DNA of 28,737 bases from Candidatus Limnocylindria bacterium (GCA_035697465.1 DASSCW010000189.1:1-28737); one strand, 5' to 3'. Positions 1-7,981 are shown, counted from the first letter of the stretch. The notes: a model not told the origin generated them from the sequence alone. Translations and numbers: made by a program.

Positions 1-2
1 GG

Positions 3-557
3 TTCGATGGCTACTCGACCGGCATCCGGCAGAAGTTCGCGATCGCCCGCGGCATGCTGACGGAACCGAGCGTGCTGTTCCTCGATGAGCCGACACGCGC
101 GCTGGATCCCATCGCGGCCGACGAGCTGCGGCGGCACGTCGCCGAACACATCGTCGGGGACCTCGGGCGTACCGTGGTGCTTGCGACACACACCCTCACC
201 GAAGCTGAGGCGATCTGCGACCGAGTCGCGATCATCAGGCGTGGCCGCATGGTCGAGATCGGAACCATGGATGAGCTTCGCCATCGCATCGGACTATCCA
301 CTGTCCTTGAACTGACGGTCAGCGGTGAGTTAGCACCCATCCGGAACGCAATCGGCCGGGTCAACGGCGTTGCCTCCGTGTCCGACGCCGTGGACGACGA
401 CGCATCGACCCAGCTGATCGTCAGCCTCTCCGACGTGGAAGGGGCGACGGACCAGGTGATCCGTGTTGTGCACGCGGCAGGCAGCGTCATCCAGGCGATC
501 ACCACCCGCCGGCCGACCCTCGACGACATCTACCGCGCCGCGCACGCTGAAGGTTGA
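3..557 (+). CDS. ABC transporter ATP-binding subunit, 5'-truncated by the window edge; probable exporter of the lasso cluster
   Basis: Open frame from nt 3: FDGYSTGIRQKFAIARGML (signature-like), Walker B VLFLDEP, H-loop ATHTLTEAEAICDRV. Followed directly by an ABC-2 permease. Confidence 0.9.
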   Translation, partial: FDGYSTGIRQKFAIARGMLTEPSVLFLDEPTRALDPIAADELRRHVAEHIVGDLGRTVVLATHTLTEAEAICDRVAIIRRGRMVEIGTMDELRHRIGLSTVLELTVSGELAPIRNAIGRVNGVASVSDAVDDDASTQLIVSLSDVEGATDQVIRVVHAAGSVIQAITTRRPTLDDIYRAAHAEG

Positions 558-558
558 G

Positions 559-1380
559 GTGCAGTTGATGGAAGGGTGGCCGCGTGTCCTGGGGGCAACG
601 TTCCTGCGGGACATGTGGACGGCGACCAGCTACCGCGCGGGGTTCATCCTCTCCATCGGCGGATCGCTGGCGAGCATCCTGAGCGTCTTTTTCATCGGCC
701 AGGCCTTCGGAGCCTCGGTCAGCCCGTCCTTGGACCAATATGGCGGCAGCTATTTCGCGTTTGCGGTCGTCGGCGTCGCCTTCTCCGGCTTGCTGGGGCT
801 GGGACTATCGGGAATCAGCTCGCGGATTCGCGAGGGCCAGATGATGGGGACGCTGGAGCTGATGCTGTTGAGCCCAAATCGGCTGTTGGTGCTGCTCATC
901 GGCGCATCGCTGTGGAGCCACGCCATGGCCATCTTCTCGCTCGTCATCTACCTGCTGGTTGGCCTTGCTTTGGGCCTGGACCTCGGGCAGGCGAATGTGC
1001 CGATGATGCTGCTGTCCCTGGCAGTCTCGGTCATCGCCTTCAACGGGCTGGGGCTCCTCGCGGCCAGCGTGGTGATCGTGATCAAGCAGGGGAATCCGGT
1101 CAGCCTCATCGTCGGCATGGCGTCCGTCCTCCTGGCAGGAGTCTTCTATCCGGTCAGCGTCCTGCCAGGGTGGCTGCAGGTCCTCGCGCAACTGCTGCCC
1201 CTGACCCATGCGCTGGAGCTGGTCCGCCGATCGGCACTTACCGGCGAGGGCATCGAAACCTTGTCCGGGCACCTGCTGGCACTGGTCGCACTGAGCGTCA
1301 TTCTGGTGCCACTCGGGCTGTGGGCATGCCATCGCGCGGTGACGTTCGCCCAGACCGACGGCTCGCTCTCGCAATACTGA
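559..1380 (+). CDS. ABC-2 type transporter permease (about 273 aa)
   Basis: About six hydrophobic segments; REGQMMGTLELMLLSP and LAGVFYPVSVLPGWLQVLAQLLPLTHAL are typical ABC-2 permease motifs. Start GTG559 or ATG568, just after the ATPase stop. The track start at 463 overlaps the ATPase. Confidence 0.88.
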   Translation: MQLMEGWPRVLGATFLRDMWTATSYRAGFILSIGGSLASILSVFFIGQAFGASVSPSLDQYGGSYFAFAVVGVAFSGLLGLGLSGISSRIREGQMMGTLELMLLSPNRLLVLLIGASLWSHAMAIFSLVIYLLVGLALGLDLGQANVPMMLLSLAVSVIAFNGLGLLAASVVIVIKQGNPVSLIVGMASVLLAGVFYPVSVLPGWLQVLAQLLPLTHALELVRRSALTGEGIETLSGHLLALVALSVILVPLGLWACHRAVTFAQTDGSLSQY

Positions 1381-1390
1381 GAAGAGGACA

Positions 1391-2332
1391 ATGGACGGAG
1401 GCGAGGGCGGGGTGCCGCAGCCAACGCTTGGCAGCTGCGCCGGATACGAGGTCCGCTCGTCGAACGTAGGATTCCGCACGCTCAGGTCGGGTGGCGGCGA
1501 GCCGATGCTGGTCCATGGCGGCGACGATCCGCAGATCGGCGGGGAGGTAGTCGCCACCTGGCGCCCGCGTCCGGGCAACCCATTCCATGGCCGCCTCCTG
1601 CAGGATGGGGGCATCTTCCACTTCTGGGCAAGCGACGTCGGCTGGTACACCATCGATGCGCAGCACCGCACGATCACCATCTCGGGGGACGTCGACATGC
1701 TGCAGACGGAGCTGCGGCTCTTCGGGATCCCCGCCGCAATCTGCGCTTTCGAGTCTGGCGATGCGCCGCTCCACGCCTCGGCAATCGAAATCGACGGGCA
1801 GGCGATCATCCTGGCCGGCCCGAGCAGGCAGGGGAAAACGACGCTGGCGGCGGCCTTCGCCGCGCACGGGCATCGCCTGCTGTCCGAGGACACGACCCGC
1901 TGCGTCCCTGGCCGGGTCCCATCGGCTTTCCCAGGGCCAGCCGTCGTGCGACTGCGCTCCGACGTTGCCGGCTTGCTCGACATTCCGACGGCCACGGCAC
2001 TGCCGACGAGCTTCGAGGACGGACGGACGGCGTTCCTGTTCGACGATGCTTCGCGTGGCTCGGGTGCCGCTCTGCCCTTGCGCGCGATCCTTATGCTGCG
2101 GCCCGGCGAGGGTCCGCCGACCTTGCGGTCAGTGGACTCGGCGCGGGCGGCGCGGGATCTCTTCTCGCTGGCGTTCCGGTTGCCGACCGACGCGTCCCGC
2201 GCGGCGTGTTTCGCCCGCGTGGTGGACCTCGCCGGTCGCGTCGAGGTCATGGACCTGCATCGACCCATCACCATCGATTCGCTGCCGAGCGTCATTTCGC
2301 TCGTCGAGCGGCATCTGGAGGGCGGGGCCTAG
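1391..2332 (+). CDS. HPr-kinase-like P-loop kinase (PadeK-type lasso peptide kinase candidate)
   Basis: LHASAIEIDGQAIILAGPSRQGKTTLAAAFAAHGHRLLSED: His, Walker A and an acidic pair as in HPrK-like kinases. GAGGA RBS before ATG1391. Lies inside a lasso cluster. Confidence 0.82.
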   Translation: MDGGEGGVPQPTLGSCAGYEVRSSNVGFRTLRSGGGEPMLVHGGDDPQIGGEVVATWRPRPGNPFHGRLLQDGGIFHFWASDVGWYTIDAQHRTITISGDVDMLQTELRLFGIPAAICAFESGDAPLHASAIEIDGQAIILAGPSRQGKTTLAAAFAAHGHRLLSEDTTRCVPGRVPSAFPGPAVVRLRSDVAGLLDIPTATALPTSFEDGRTAFLFDDASRGSGAALPLRAILMLRPGEGPPTLRSVDSARAARDLFSLAFRLPTDASRAACFARVVDLAGRVEVMDLHRPITIDSLPSVISLVERHLEGGA

Positions 2333-3649
2333 GTGCCCGAGATCGCCTCGGTGATCGCCACTCTCGCCGACATTGGCGTCGAGCCGCTTGTCCTGAGCGG
2401 CCAGCGTCCGGAAGACGCCGAATCGGCTAAGCAGGAACGTGGGATCCAGCTTTTGATCCGCCGGGCCGATGTGCGTGCCGCGACGGCTGTGCTGGAGCCG
2501 CAGCCATGGCGCTACTCGTGGATTCGGCGGGGGCTGATGCGACTGGTGCCGATGGTGGACTACTGGTGGGACGGCGGCGCCTTTATCGAAGCGTACTGGG
2601 GGCTCCCCGCCGCCCCACTGCCGCCGATCGCGCTGGCACGGCTGGCGACCGCGCTGTGGAGCCGCGCCGAGAAGGACCCCGTCGGCTACTGGCGGCCGGA
2701 TGTGGCGAGCCTGGCCGTTCACTACGCCGTGCAGGCCTGTCGGCCCGGTCGCGGGCACGATGCCGATTGGCGCCACTTCGTCAACCTCAGGTCGCAGCTT
2801 GCCGACCTGTCCGCGGCGAGCGCCATCGCTCGCCAGGCCGGAGTGGCATCCGCATTTCGGCGGGCAGTGGCTGCGGCCGATGCCGGCTCGGGGCCGCCGC
2901 CGCGGGGACCAGTCTTCGACGGCCCGCTGGGAATCGCGTGGTGGTGTACGACGGCGGTGCAGGCACGCCTCCGTCCTCGGCGGCTGGCACGCATCCTCGC
3001 CGGCGTGCCCTCGCTCGGCGACGCGCCGATTCGCTGCCGGGTGGCGGGCACCGAGGTCGTCGCGGACACCGGGGTCTTCGTGCCTACCCCGGACGCCGAG
3101 ATCTTCGTGGACATGGTCCGCAAGCGCGTCGCTGGATTGCCGCGACCGAGGATTGTCGAGGTCGGCACCGGCTGTGGGGCGATTGCCCTGGCCATTGCCA
3201 ATGCCAGGCGCGACGGGGTGGTCCATGCCGCCGAGATCGACGTCGGCGCGGTCCGCTGCGCGCAACGGAACGCGGAGCGGCTCGGGCTGCACGACGTCGT
3301 CGTTTCGCGCGGGTCGCTGCTCGAACCGGTCTCGAGCGAGCTGGTCGGAGGCGTGGACGTCGTGATCGCGAACCTGCCCTTCTATCCGGCGCGCAATTTC
3401 GCATCGATCGGATCCGTTCCGCGCGACACCATCCAGGGGCCAGGGGACGACGGTCTCGACCTCGTTCGGCAGCTGGCAGCCGACGCCCGACGGTACCTGC
3501 GTCCGGATGGATGGCTGATCCTGCAGATGTTCGCGTGGCAGGTCGAGCTGTTGACCGATGAGCTGAAGCGAATGGGTTACGTGCCGGGCAATCCGCGGTT
3601 GTCTGGGCCATTCGCAATCTGGCCGATGGACTATCGCCCGGGTGCCTGA
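2333..3649 (+). CDS. Fusion protein 1: degenerate nucleotidyltransferase-like N-terminal domain plus HemK/PrmC-like SAM-dependent methyltransferase
   Basis: C-half has VFVPTPDAE, IVEVGTGCGAIALA (motif I), AAEID (motif II) and IANLPFYP (NPPY-like). N-half has GVEPLVLSG, GIQLLI, IEAYWGLP and SLAVHYAVQ, echoing the NTP_transf_5 pattern. Starts immediately after the kinase stop. Confidence 0.78.
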   Translation: MPEIASVIATLADIGVEPLVLSGQRPEDAESAKQERGIQLLIRRADVRAATAVLEPQPWRYSWIRRGLMRLVPMVDYWWDGGAFIEAYWGLPAAPLPPIALARLATALWSRAEKDPVGYWRPDVASLAVHYAVQACRPGRGHDADWRHFVNLRSQLADLSAASAIARQAGVASAFRRAVAAADAGSGPPPRGPVFDGPLGIAWWCTTAVQARLRPRRLARILAGVPSLGDAPIRCRVAGTEVVADTGVFVPTPDAEIFVDMVRKRVAGLPRPRIVEVGTGCGAIALAIANARRDGVVHAAEIDVGAVRCAQRNAERLGLHDVVVSRGSLLEPVSSELVGGVDVVIANLPFYPARNFASIGSVPRDTIQGPGDDGLDLVRQLAADARRYLRPDGWLILQMFAWQVELLTDELKRMGYVPGNPRLSGPFAIWPMDYRPGA

Positions 3650-3678
3650 TCGCGGCCGCCCAGCGCACCGCTCTGGCG

Positions 3679-4125
3679 GTGCCAATCGACATGAGGCACT
3701 ATTCGGCCGTGCTCACGCGATCCGACGACGGCCTCTCACTGCTCGCCAAGCTCAGCCTGCTCTGGCGCGTCTGGGCTGTCGCCGCACGGGTGCGGCTTGA
3801 GCTGTGGCGCCATCCGCTGCCTGAGGTCGTCTCTGTCCTCGCCGCGCCAACCGGTCGCCCGCGTGTCCCCACCTCGCTGCTCAGCCGGGCAGTGTCGCGC
3901 GGACTGCGGATCGGTCCGCTCCAACCGCGCTGCCTCACGCGCAGCCTGGTCCTCTATCGCCTGCTGCGCGCGCAGGGCGACGATGCGCAGCTGATCATCG
4001 GCATGCGCGACAAGACGGTCTCCACCGACGCGCACGCGTGGGTCGAGCTGGCCGGCCGCGACGTCGGACCGCTACCGGGTGGGAAAGGCTACCGCGAGCT
4101 GAGCCGGTATCCACGCAGCCTTTGA
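3679..4125 (+). CDS. Lasso peptide B2 protein (transglutaminase-like leader peptidase)
   Basis: CLTRSLVLYRLLRAQG...IIG...AHAWVE (catalytic Cys and His, Transglut_core3-like). Start GTG3679 or ATG3691. Confidence 0.88.
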   Translation: MPIDMRHYSAVLTRSDDGLSLLAKLSLLWRVWAVAARVRLELWRHPLPEVVSVLAAPTGRPRVPTSLLSRAVSRGLRIGPLQPRCLTRSLVLYRLLRAQGDDAQLIIGMRDKTVSTDAHAWVELAGRDVGPLPGGKGYRELSRYPRSL

Positions 4126-5450
4126 CTGAAGATTCGGCGGACTCGTCCTCGTCCGACGTCACCTCACTCATTCGCGTCCTGCGCGACGTCGGCGTTGACG
4201 CCCTGGTCCTGCGGTCCGGCGCCATCAACGACGCCGGCGTATTTCGCCCGCTCCAGCTCCTCGTACCGGAATCCGGGCGAAGAGACGCCGTCGCAGCACT
4301 GGATCGCATGGCCTGGCGCTACGCGTGGGTACGCACGGGACTGCTGCGGCTCACGCCCGGAGCCGTCTACGCCTGGGATGGGGGACGCGTCGTCGAGCTG
4401 TACTGGAGCCTGCCCGCCGCGCCGTTACCGGCATCGGCCCTGGCCCGCCTGACCGCTGCGCTCCGCCGGAGCGCACGGCGAGGGCCGGATGGCTACCTGC
4501 TGGCGGATCCGTCCGCCTTGTTGGTGCACCTCGCCGTCCAGTCGTGCCGGCCCGGCCGCGCGCGCGCGGGCGATTGGGCAGACTTCTTGAGTGCGGCCGC
4601 GACCAGTGAGGACAAGCACCAGGTACGCAAGCTCGCGCGAGGGGCGGGCGTGCGGCCGGCGCTCGATCGCGCCCTGGCTGCGGCGGCTGCCGGGCGTCAG
4701 CGGCCCGGGCCGGGCCGTACCTACGGCGCGGGCTGGGACGTCGCGCGCCTTGTCGCAAATGCGATGCAGGCGCTGGCGCCACGCTCGGTCGCCCGCCAAC
4801 TGGCGGGCTCGCCGATCTTCGGCGACAGCCCCATCCGTTGCAGAATCGGCGGAGTCGAGGTCGTCGCCGATCCGGGCGTCTTCGTGCCGGCGCCATCAGG
4901 GGAGCTGTTCCTCGACGAGGCCCTCGCCGCGTTGGGCAGCATCAGCGAGCCACTGGTGGTCGAGGCAGGAACCGGTTGCGGCGCCATGGCCCTGGCAGTC
5001 GCCAAGGCACGGCCCGATGCCACCCTGCACGCCACCGAGCTGTCGCGCGCGGCGGTGCGTTCGGCGCGCCGCAACGCGTCACGGCTCGGCGAGCTCCGGG
5101 TGAAGTTCTATGAAGGGTCACTATTGACGCCACTGCCGAGCTCGCTCGGTGGGCGGGTGGACCTCCTCATGGCCAACCTCCCCTATGTGCCCGAGGGGGA
5201 GGGCTTCACCCTTGGGGCGTTGCCGCCTTCGACCCTGACCGGCGTGGAAGAGGACGGGCTCGGCCTCCAGCGCCAACTCGCCCGATCGGCGATCGGCGTC
5301 ATCCGGCCGGGTGGCAGGCTTCAGCTCCAGATGCTGGCCTGGCAATGGTCACGCCTCTCGCCGGAGCTCGCGGCCCTCGGCTATCGACCCCTGGCCCCAC
5401 GGCTCTCCGATGCTTTCGCCATCTGCCAGGCAGAGCTGATCGCGGGCTGA
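4122..5450 (+). CDS. Fusion protein 2: paralog of 2333-3649 (degenerate nucleotidyltransferase-like domain plus HemK-like methyltransferase), about 442 aa
   Basis: VFVPAPSGE, VVEAGTGCGAMALA, ATELS, MANLPYVP; N-half GVDALVLRSG, PLQLLV, VELYWSLP, LLVHLAVQ. Colinear with fusion 1. TTG4122 overlaps the B2 stop (TTGA) and aligns with the paralog start; the track gives 4038. Confidence 0.78.
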   Translation: MTEDSADSSSSDVTSLIRVLRDVGVDALVLRSGAINDAGVFRPLQLLVPESGRRDAVAALDRMAWRYAWVRTGLLRLTPGAVYAWDGGRVVELYWSLPAAPLPASALARLTAALRRSARRGPDGYLLADPSALLVHLAVQSCRPGRARAGDWADFLSAAATSEDKHQVRKLARGAGVRPALDRALAAAAAGRQRPGPGRTYGAGWDVARLVANAMQALAPRSVARQLAGSPIFGDSPIRCRIGGVEVVADPGVFVPAPSGELFLDEALAALGSISEPLVVEAGTGCGAMALAVAKARPDATLHATELSRAAVRSARRNASRLGELRVKFYEGSLLTPLPSSLGGRVDLLMANLPYVPEGEGFTLGALPPSTLTGVEEDGLGLQRQLARSAIGVIRPGGRLQLQMLAWQWSRLSPELAALGYRPLAPRLSDAFAICQAELIAG

Positions 5451-5470
5451 CCGCAGGGGCAACGAGGAGA

Positions 5471-5764
5471 TCAGGCGGCGACGTGAATCAGATCGCGCTG
5501 CACCGCGCTCTCCACGAAGCGCCGCACGTCGGCCTCGAGTTCCGGTGGGCCATCGGCTATGAGCGCGCGCACAGCAGCCACGAGGTCTTCCAGGGTCCGA
5601 TCCTTATCCAGCAGGACCCAGATCGCGAATCCCAGCTGGTTGAGCTTGTGATACGCACCCGTGTCGAGATGGAGGAGCACCCCGCCGCCGGCGTCGGACA
5701 GCTCACGCGCGACGACCTGGGGATTGCGTGTCAGGGTCGATTCAGGTTCCACCGTCGGCTCCAT
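5471..5764 (-). CDS. PqqD-family RiPP recognition element (lasso B1)
   Basis: RNPQVVAREL...GVLLHLDTGAYHKLNQLGFAIWVLLD...TLEDLV...DVRRFVESAVQRDLI is a typical PqqD/RRE pattern. ATG5764 overlaps the cyclase stop (TGATG); alternative GTG5770. Confidence 0.9.
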   Translation of the reverse strand: MEPTVEPESTLTRNPQVVARELSDAGGGVLLHLDTGAYHKLNQLGFAIWVLLDKDRTLEDLVAAVRALIADGPPELEADVRRFVESAVQRDLIHVAA

Positions 5765-7557
5765 CACCACTGTGCCAGGAAGGCCTGGGCCACCGCCAGG
5801 TTACGTGCCCATCGGTAATCCAGGGTCGTGAAACGCTCCGACTCGAGCAGCGTCGCAAGGCGCCCGTAGTCGACGCCACCCAGGCGATGCTTCGGCGCGC
5901 CCAGCAGGCGACGGAGGGCAGCGTAGTCGACCTCGGCCATGTGGGCTTCGTCGAAGACAGTCTTATCCCGGCGGTCCAGGATCTCGTCCGGAACGCGGCC
6001 TCGGAGCAGGTCGCGCACCAGACCCTTTGGCCGGAGGTCCGGGAACTTCTGCTCGGCGGGGATCGAGAGGAAGAATTCCCACAGGTCCACGTCCGTCCAG
6101 GGCTTTCGCGATACCACGCCCGACACGTCCTGGCAGACCTCCTCCGCCTCGAGCGAGATTCCGGGACCGATGAAGCCCACCAGTTGGGATCGTCGCCACC
6201 GGTCGCGGACGCGGGGGACGTCGGTGTCCGCCGCCCGCCGGCGGTCGATCCAGTCGGGAACCACCGCCGGCCTGGTCCGAGCTCCGATCGAATTGCGGGC
6301 CGCCATCACCCGATGGGGCATGAGTGAGCGGATCACGAGGCGGGTCAGCGCCCACCACGTCCAACCCCGCGTGCGGCGCTCCGCCAGCTCGCGCCTGGCC
6401 GGAGACCATCGGCCGCGCAGCAGGTAATGCTCAAGGGTGTACCACTGCATTGCGGCGACGAATTCCGCGTGCTCACCGGTGAGCACCCGCCGCGCGCCGA
6501 GATTGCGCGCGTGGACATAGCTCTCCTCGTACTGCGCCAACGCCGCTCCGGGCCACGGCGTGTCGGCGAGGCCCACCCACCGCTCGATGTCGTCGAGCGC
6601 GTTGGCGGACAGCTCATAGGTGTGCAGAGGTATCGAGAAGGCCCTGGCCAGGATCTCCACGTATCGGCTCTCGTCGACAGACGGGTACCGCGGATAGACG
6701 GCCGAGATCGCCTGCAACTCACGTCCCGCCATCGCCCGGTGTCGGGGCGCCGCGAACGCCGCGATCGCCGGGGAGTCGATGCCACCGCTGAGGGAGATGG
6801 CGTCGCGACCGGTCAGGACGCGACTGACCGCCTGATCCATGAGCCGGGTAAAGTGCTCGGCGATCTCCGCCTGCCGATAAGTGGCAGATTCCAGCAGCGC
6901 CTCCGGCTGCCAGTAACGTGACAGCGTGGTCGCGCCCTCCTCGGAACGGACGGTCGTCGACTTCGGCAGGCGGCGGACGCCCACCAGCGACGCCGGCATC
7001 TCGTCGTCGACGTCTCGGTAGAAGATGCGCTCCACGACGTCCAGGTCCGGCTGCCGCGGGAGGGATGCCCCCGCGACTACCTGCTTTGCCTCGCTGGCCG
7101 CCATGAATCCGCTGGCGTCCTCGCGGAAGAACAGTGGGCGGTAGCCGATGTGATCGCGGAAGCACAAGACGGAACGCCCGTCGCTGATGCCTGCAGCGAA
7201 GACACCCCGCATGCGGGCCGGCAGCTCCGCGCCGAAGCGGTGGAATCCCGCCGCCAGGAGCTTGGCGATATCGATGGAGCCGCCGGCCGCTGCGTGCCCT
7301 GAGCCGTCCGGCCATAGATCGCGCGCGAGATCGACCGCGTTGTCGAGGGAGCCTGTGAAGGCGACCGCAAGACCATCGTGGACACCGACCCAGGCATCTG
7401 GCTCCGCGTGGTTCCCCGTCCTCGCCGCCATGGCGCAGCGTCCGAGGACGAGCGTCTGCACCTCCGTGCCGCGGTGCGGAGCGGCATCGATCATCCGCGT
7501 CGCGACGACACCGGGGTCATCATGGAGCGCTGACAGGAAGACTGCGATTGCGCCCAC
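5764..7557 (-). CDS. Lasso peptide cyclase (asparagine synthetase-like isopeptide-forming C protein), 597 aa
   Basis: MRGVFA..., RDHIGYRPLF, ATP-binding SLSGGIDSPAIA, SRKPWTD. The N-terminus MGAIA lacks the AsnB Cys nucleophile (MCGI). Flanked by the precursor and the RRE. Confidence 0.9.
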   Translation of the reverse strand: MGAIAVFLSALHDDPGVVATRMIDAAPHRGTEVQTLVLGRCAMAARTGNHAEPDAWVGVHDGLAVAFTGSLDNAVDLARDLWPDGSGHAAAGGSIDIAKLLAAGFHRFGAELPARMRGVFAAGISDGRSVLCFRDHIGYRPLFFREDASGFMAASEAKQVVAGASLPRQPDLDVVERIFYRDVDDEMPASLVGVRRLPKSTTVRSEEGATTLSRYWQPEALLESATYRQAEIAEHFTRLMDQAVSRVLTGRDAISLSGGIDSPAIAAFAAPRHRAMAGRELQAISAVYPRYPSVDESRYVEILARAFSIPLHTYELSANALDDIERWVGLADTPWPGAALAQYEESYVHARNLGARRVLTGEHAEFVAAMQWYTLEHYLLRGRWSPARRELAERRTRGWTWWALTRLVIRSLMPHRVMAARNSIGARTRPAVVPDWIDRRRAADTDVPRVRDRWRRSQLVGFIGPGISLEAEEVCQDVSGVVSRKPWTDVDLWEFFLSIPAEQKFPDLRPKGLVRDLLRGRVPDEILDRRDKTVFDEAHMAEVDYAALRRLLGAPKHRLGGVDYGRLATLLESERFTTLDYRWARNLAVAQAFLAQW

Positions 7558-7585
7558 GGCAGCCTCTCCCCAGCGCTGGATAGCA

Positions 7586-7613
7586 AATGACCGGGCCCGA
7601 AGGCCCGGTCATT
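7586..7613 (-). terminator. 12-bp perfect hairpin with UUCG tetraloop between precursor and cyclase (attenuator or stabiliser)
   Basis: - strand AATGACCGGGCC-TTCG-GGCCCGGTCATT, 19 nt after the precursor stop; only a short U-run follows. Confidence 0.75.
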
Positions 7614-7632
7614 GATTATGCCAAGTGAGGGG

Positions 7633-7779
7633 TCAGCTCGCGAACGGGTGCGAGAACTCCCCGTACTTGTCGGTTTCCATCACGATTTCAGACTTGTCGC
7701 CCTTGCCGGGATTGTCGAACGTGTGATCGGCGATGGACCCCAAGTCCTCGATCTCCGGCGCCTGGTAGATGATCTGCAT
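7633..7779 (-). CDS. Lasso peptide precursor, 48 aa: leader MQIIYQAPEIEDLGSIADHTF, predicted core DNPGKGDKSEIVMETDKYGEFSHPFAS
   Basis: Translated by hand (below the ORF-track cutoff). AAGGGGAG RBS 6 nt upstream; YxxP leader motif; Gly then Thr at -2; Asp7/Glu10 acceptor candidates; C-terminal Ser. Sits directly upstream of the cyclase. Confidence 0.88.
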   Translation of the reverse strand: MQIIYQAPEIEDLGSIADHTFDNPGKGDKSEIVMETDKYGEFSHPFAS

Positions 7780-7820
7780 CCCAAACTCCCCTTGTATTTG
7801 GCGGCATAGGCAAGCGCCAG

Positions 7821-7836
7821 TAGGTCAAAAGTACTA
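7821..7836. promoter_or_regulatory. Operator-like 16-mer, copy 1 (TAGGTCA-AA-AGTACTA)
   Basis: Shares the AGTACTA arm and TAG start with copies at 7992 and 9875; overlaps the precursor -10. Confidence 0.5.
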
Positions 7837-7856
7837 TGTCCCGCGGACCGCGTCAA
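7828..7856 (-). promoter_or_regulatory. Sigma70-type promoter for the precursor-cyclase-RRE operon
   Basis: - strand TTGACG (7856-7851), N17, TACTTT (7833-7828). Implies a 5' UTR of about 40 nt. Confidence 0.6.
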
Positions 7857-7981
7857 CGCAATCTGCGCACACTGTTGCCTCAGGGCAACGCCGAACTGAT
7901 GCCTGGATTAACTCCCGACAGCCAGCCCGCGTCCCCGGTGCACCAAGGCAACGGCACTGCCGCTGGCAGTCTGAAAATCGC

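Noticed and set aside
805-3685. Long - strand ORFs 805-2295 and 2129-3685
   Set aside because: Antisense shadows of real + strand genes, typical of high-GC DNA; Arg/Pro/Ala-rich with no motifs.
2333-5450. Housekeeping prmC (release-factor methyltransferase)
   Set aside because: Duplicated, fused to a foreign N-domain, embedded in a RiPP operon, and not next to prfA.
5764-7557. Ordinary asparagine synthetase AsnB
   Set aside because: Lacks the N-terminal Cys nucleophile and is flanked by precursor, RRE and B2.
7612-7809. 65-aa + strand ORF from the track
   Set aside because: Antisense shadow of the lasso precursor; the - strand ORF has the RBS, promoter and leader motifs.
7874-7970. Two 6-bp-arm palindromes (GTTGCC/GGCAAC, ACTGCC/GGCAGT) between the divergent promoters
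   Set aside because: Too short for GC-rich DNA and not repeated elsewhere.
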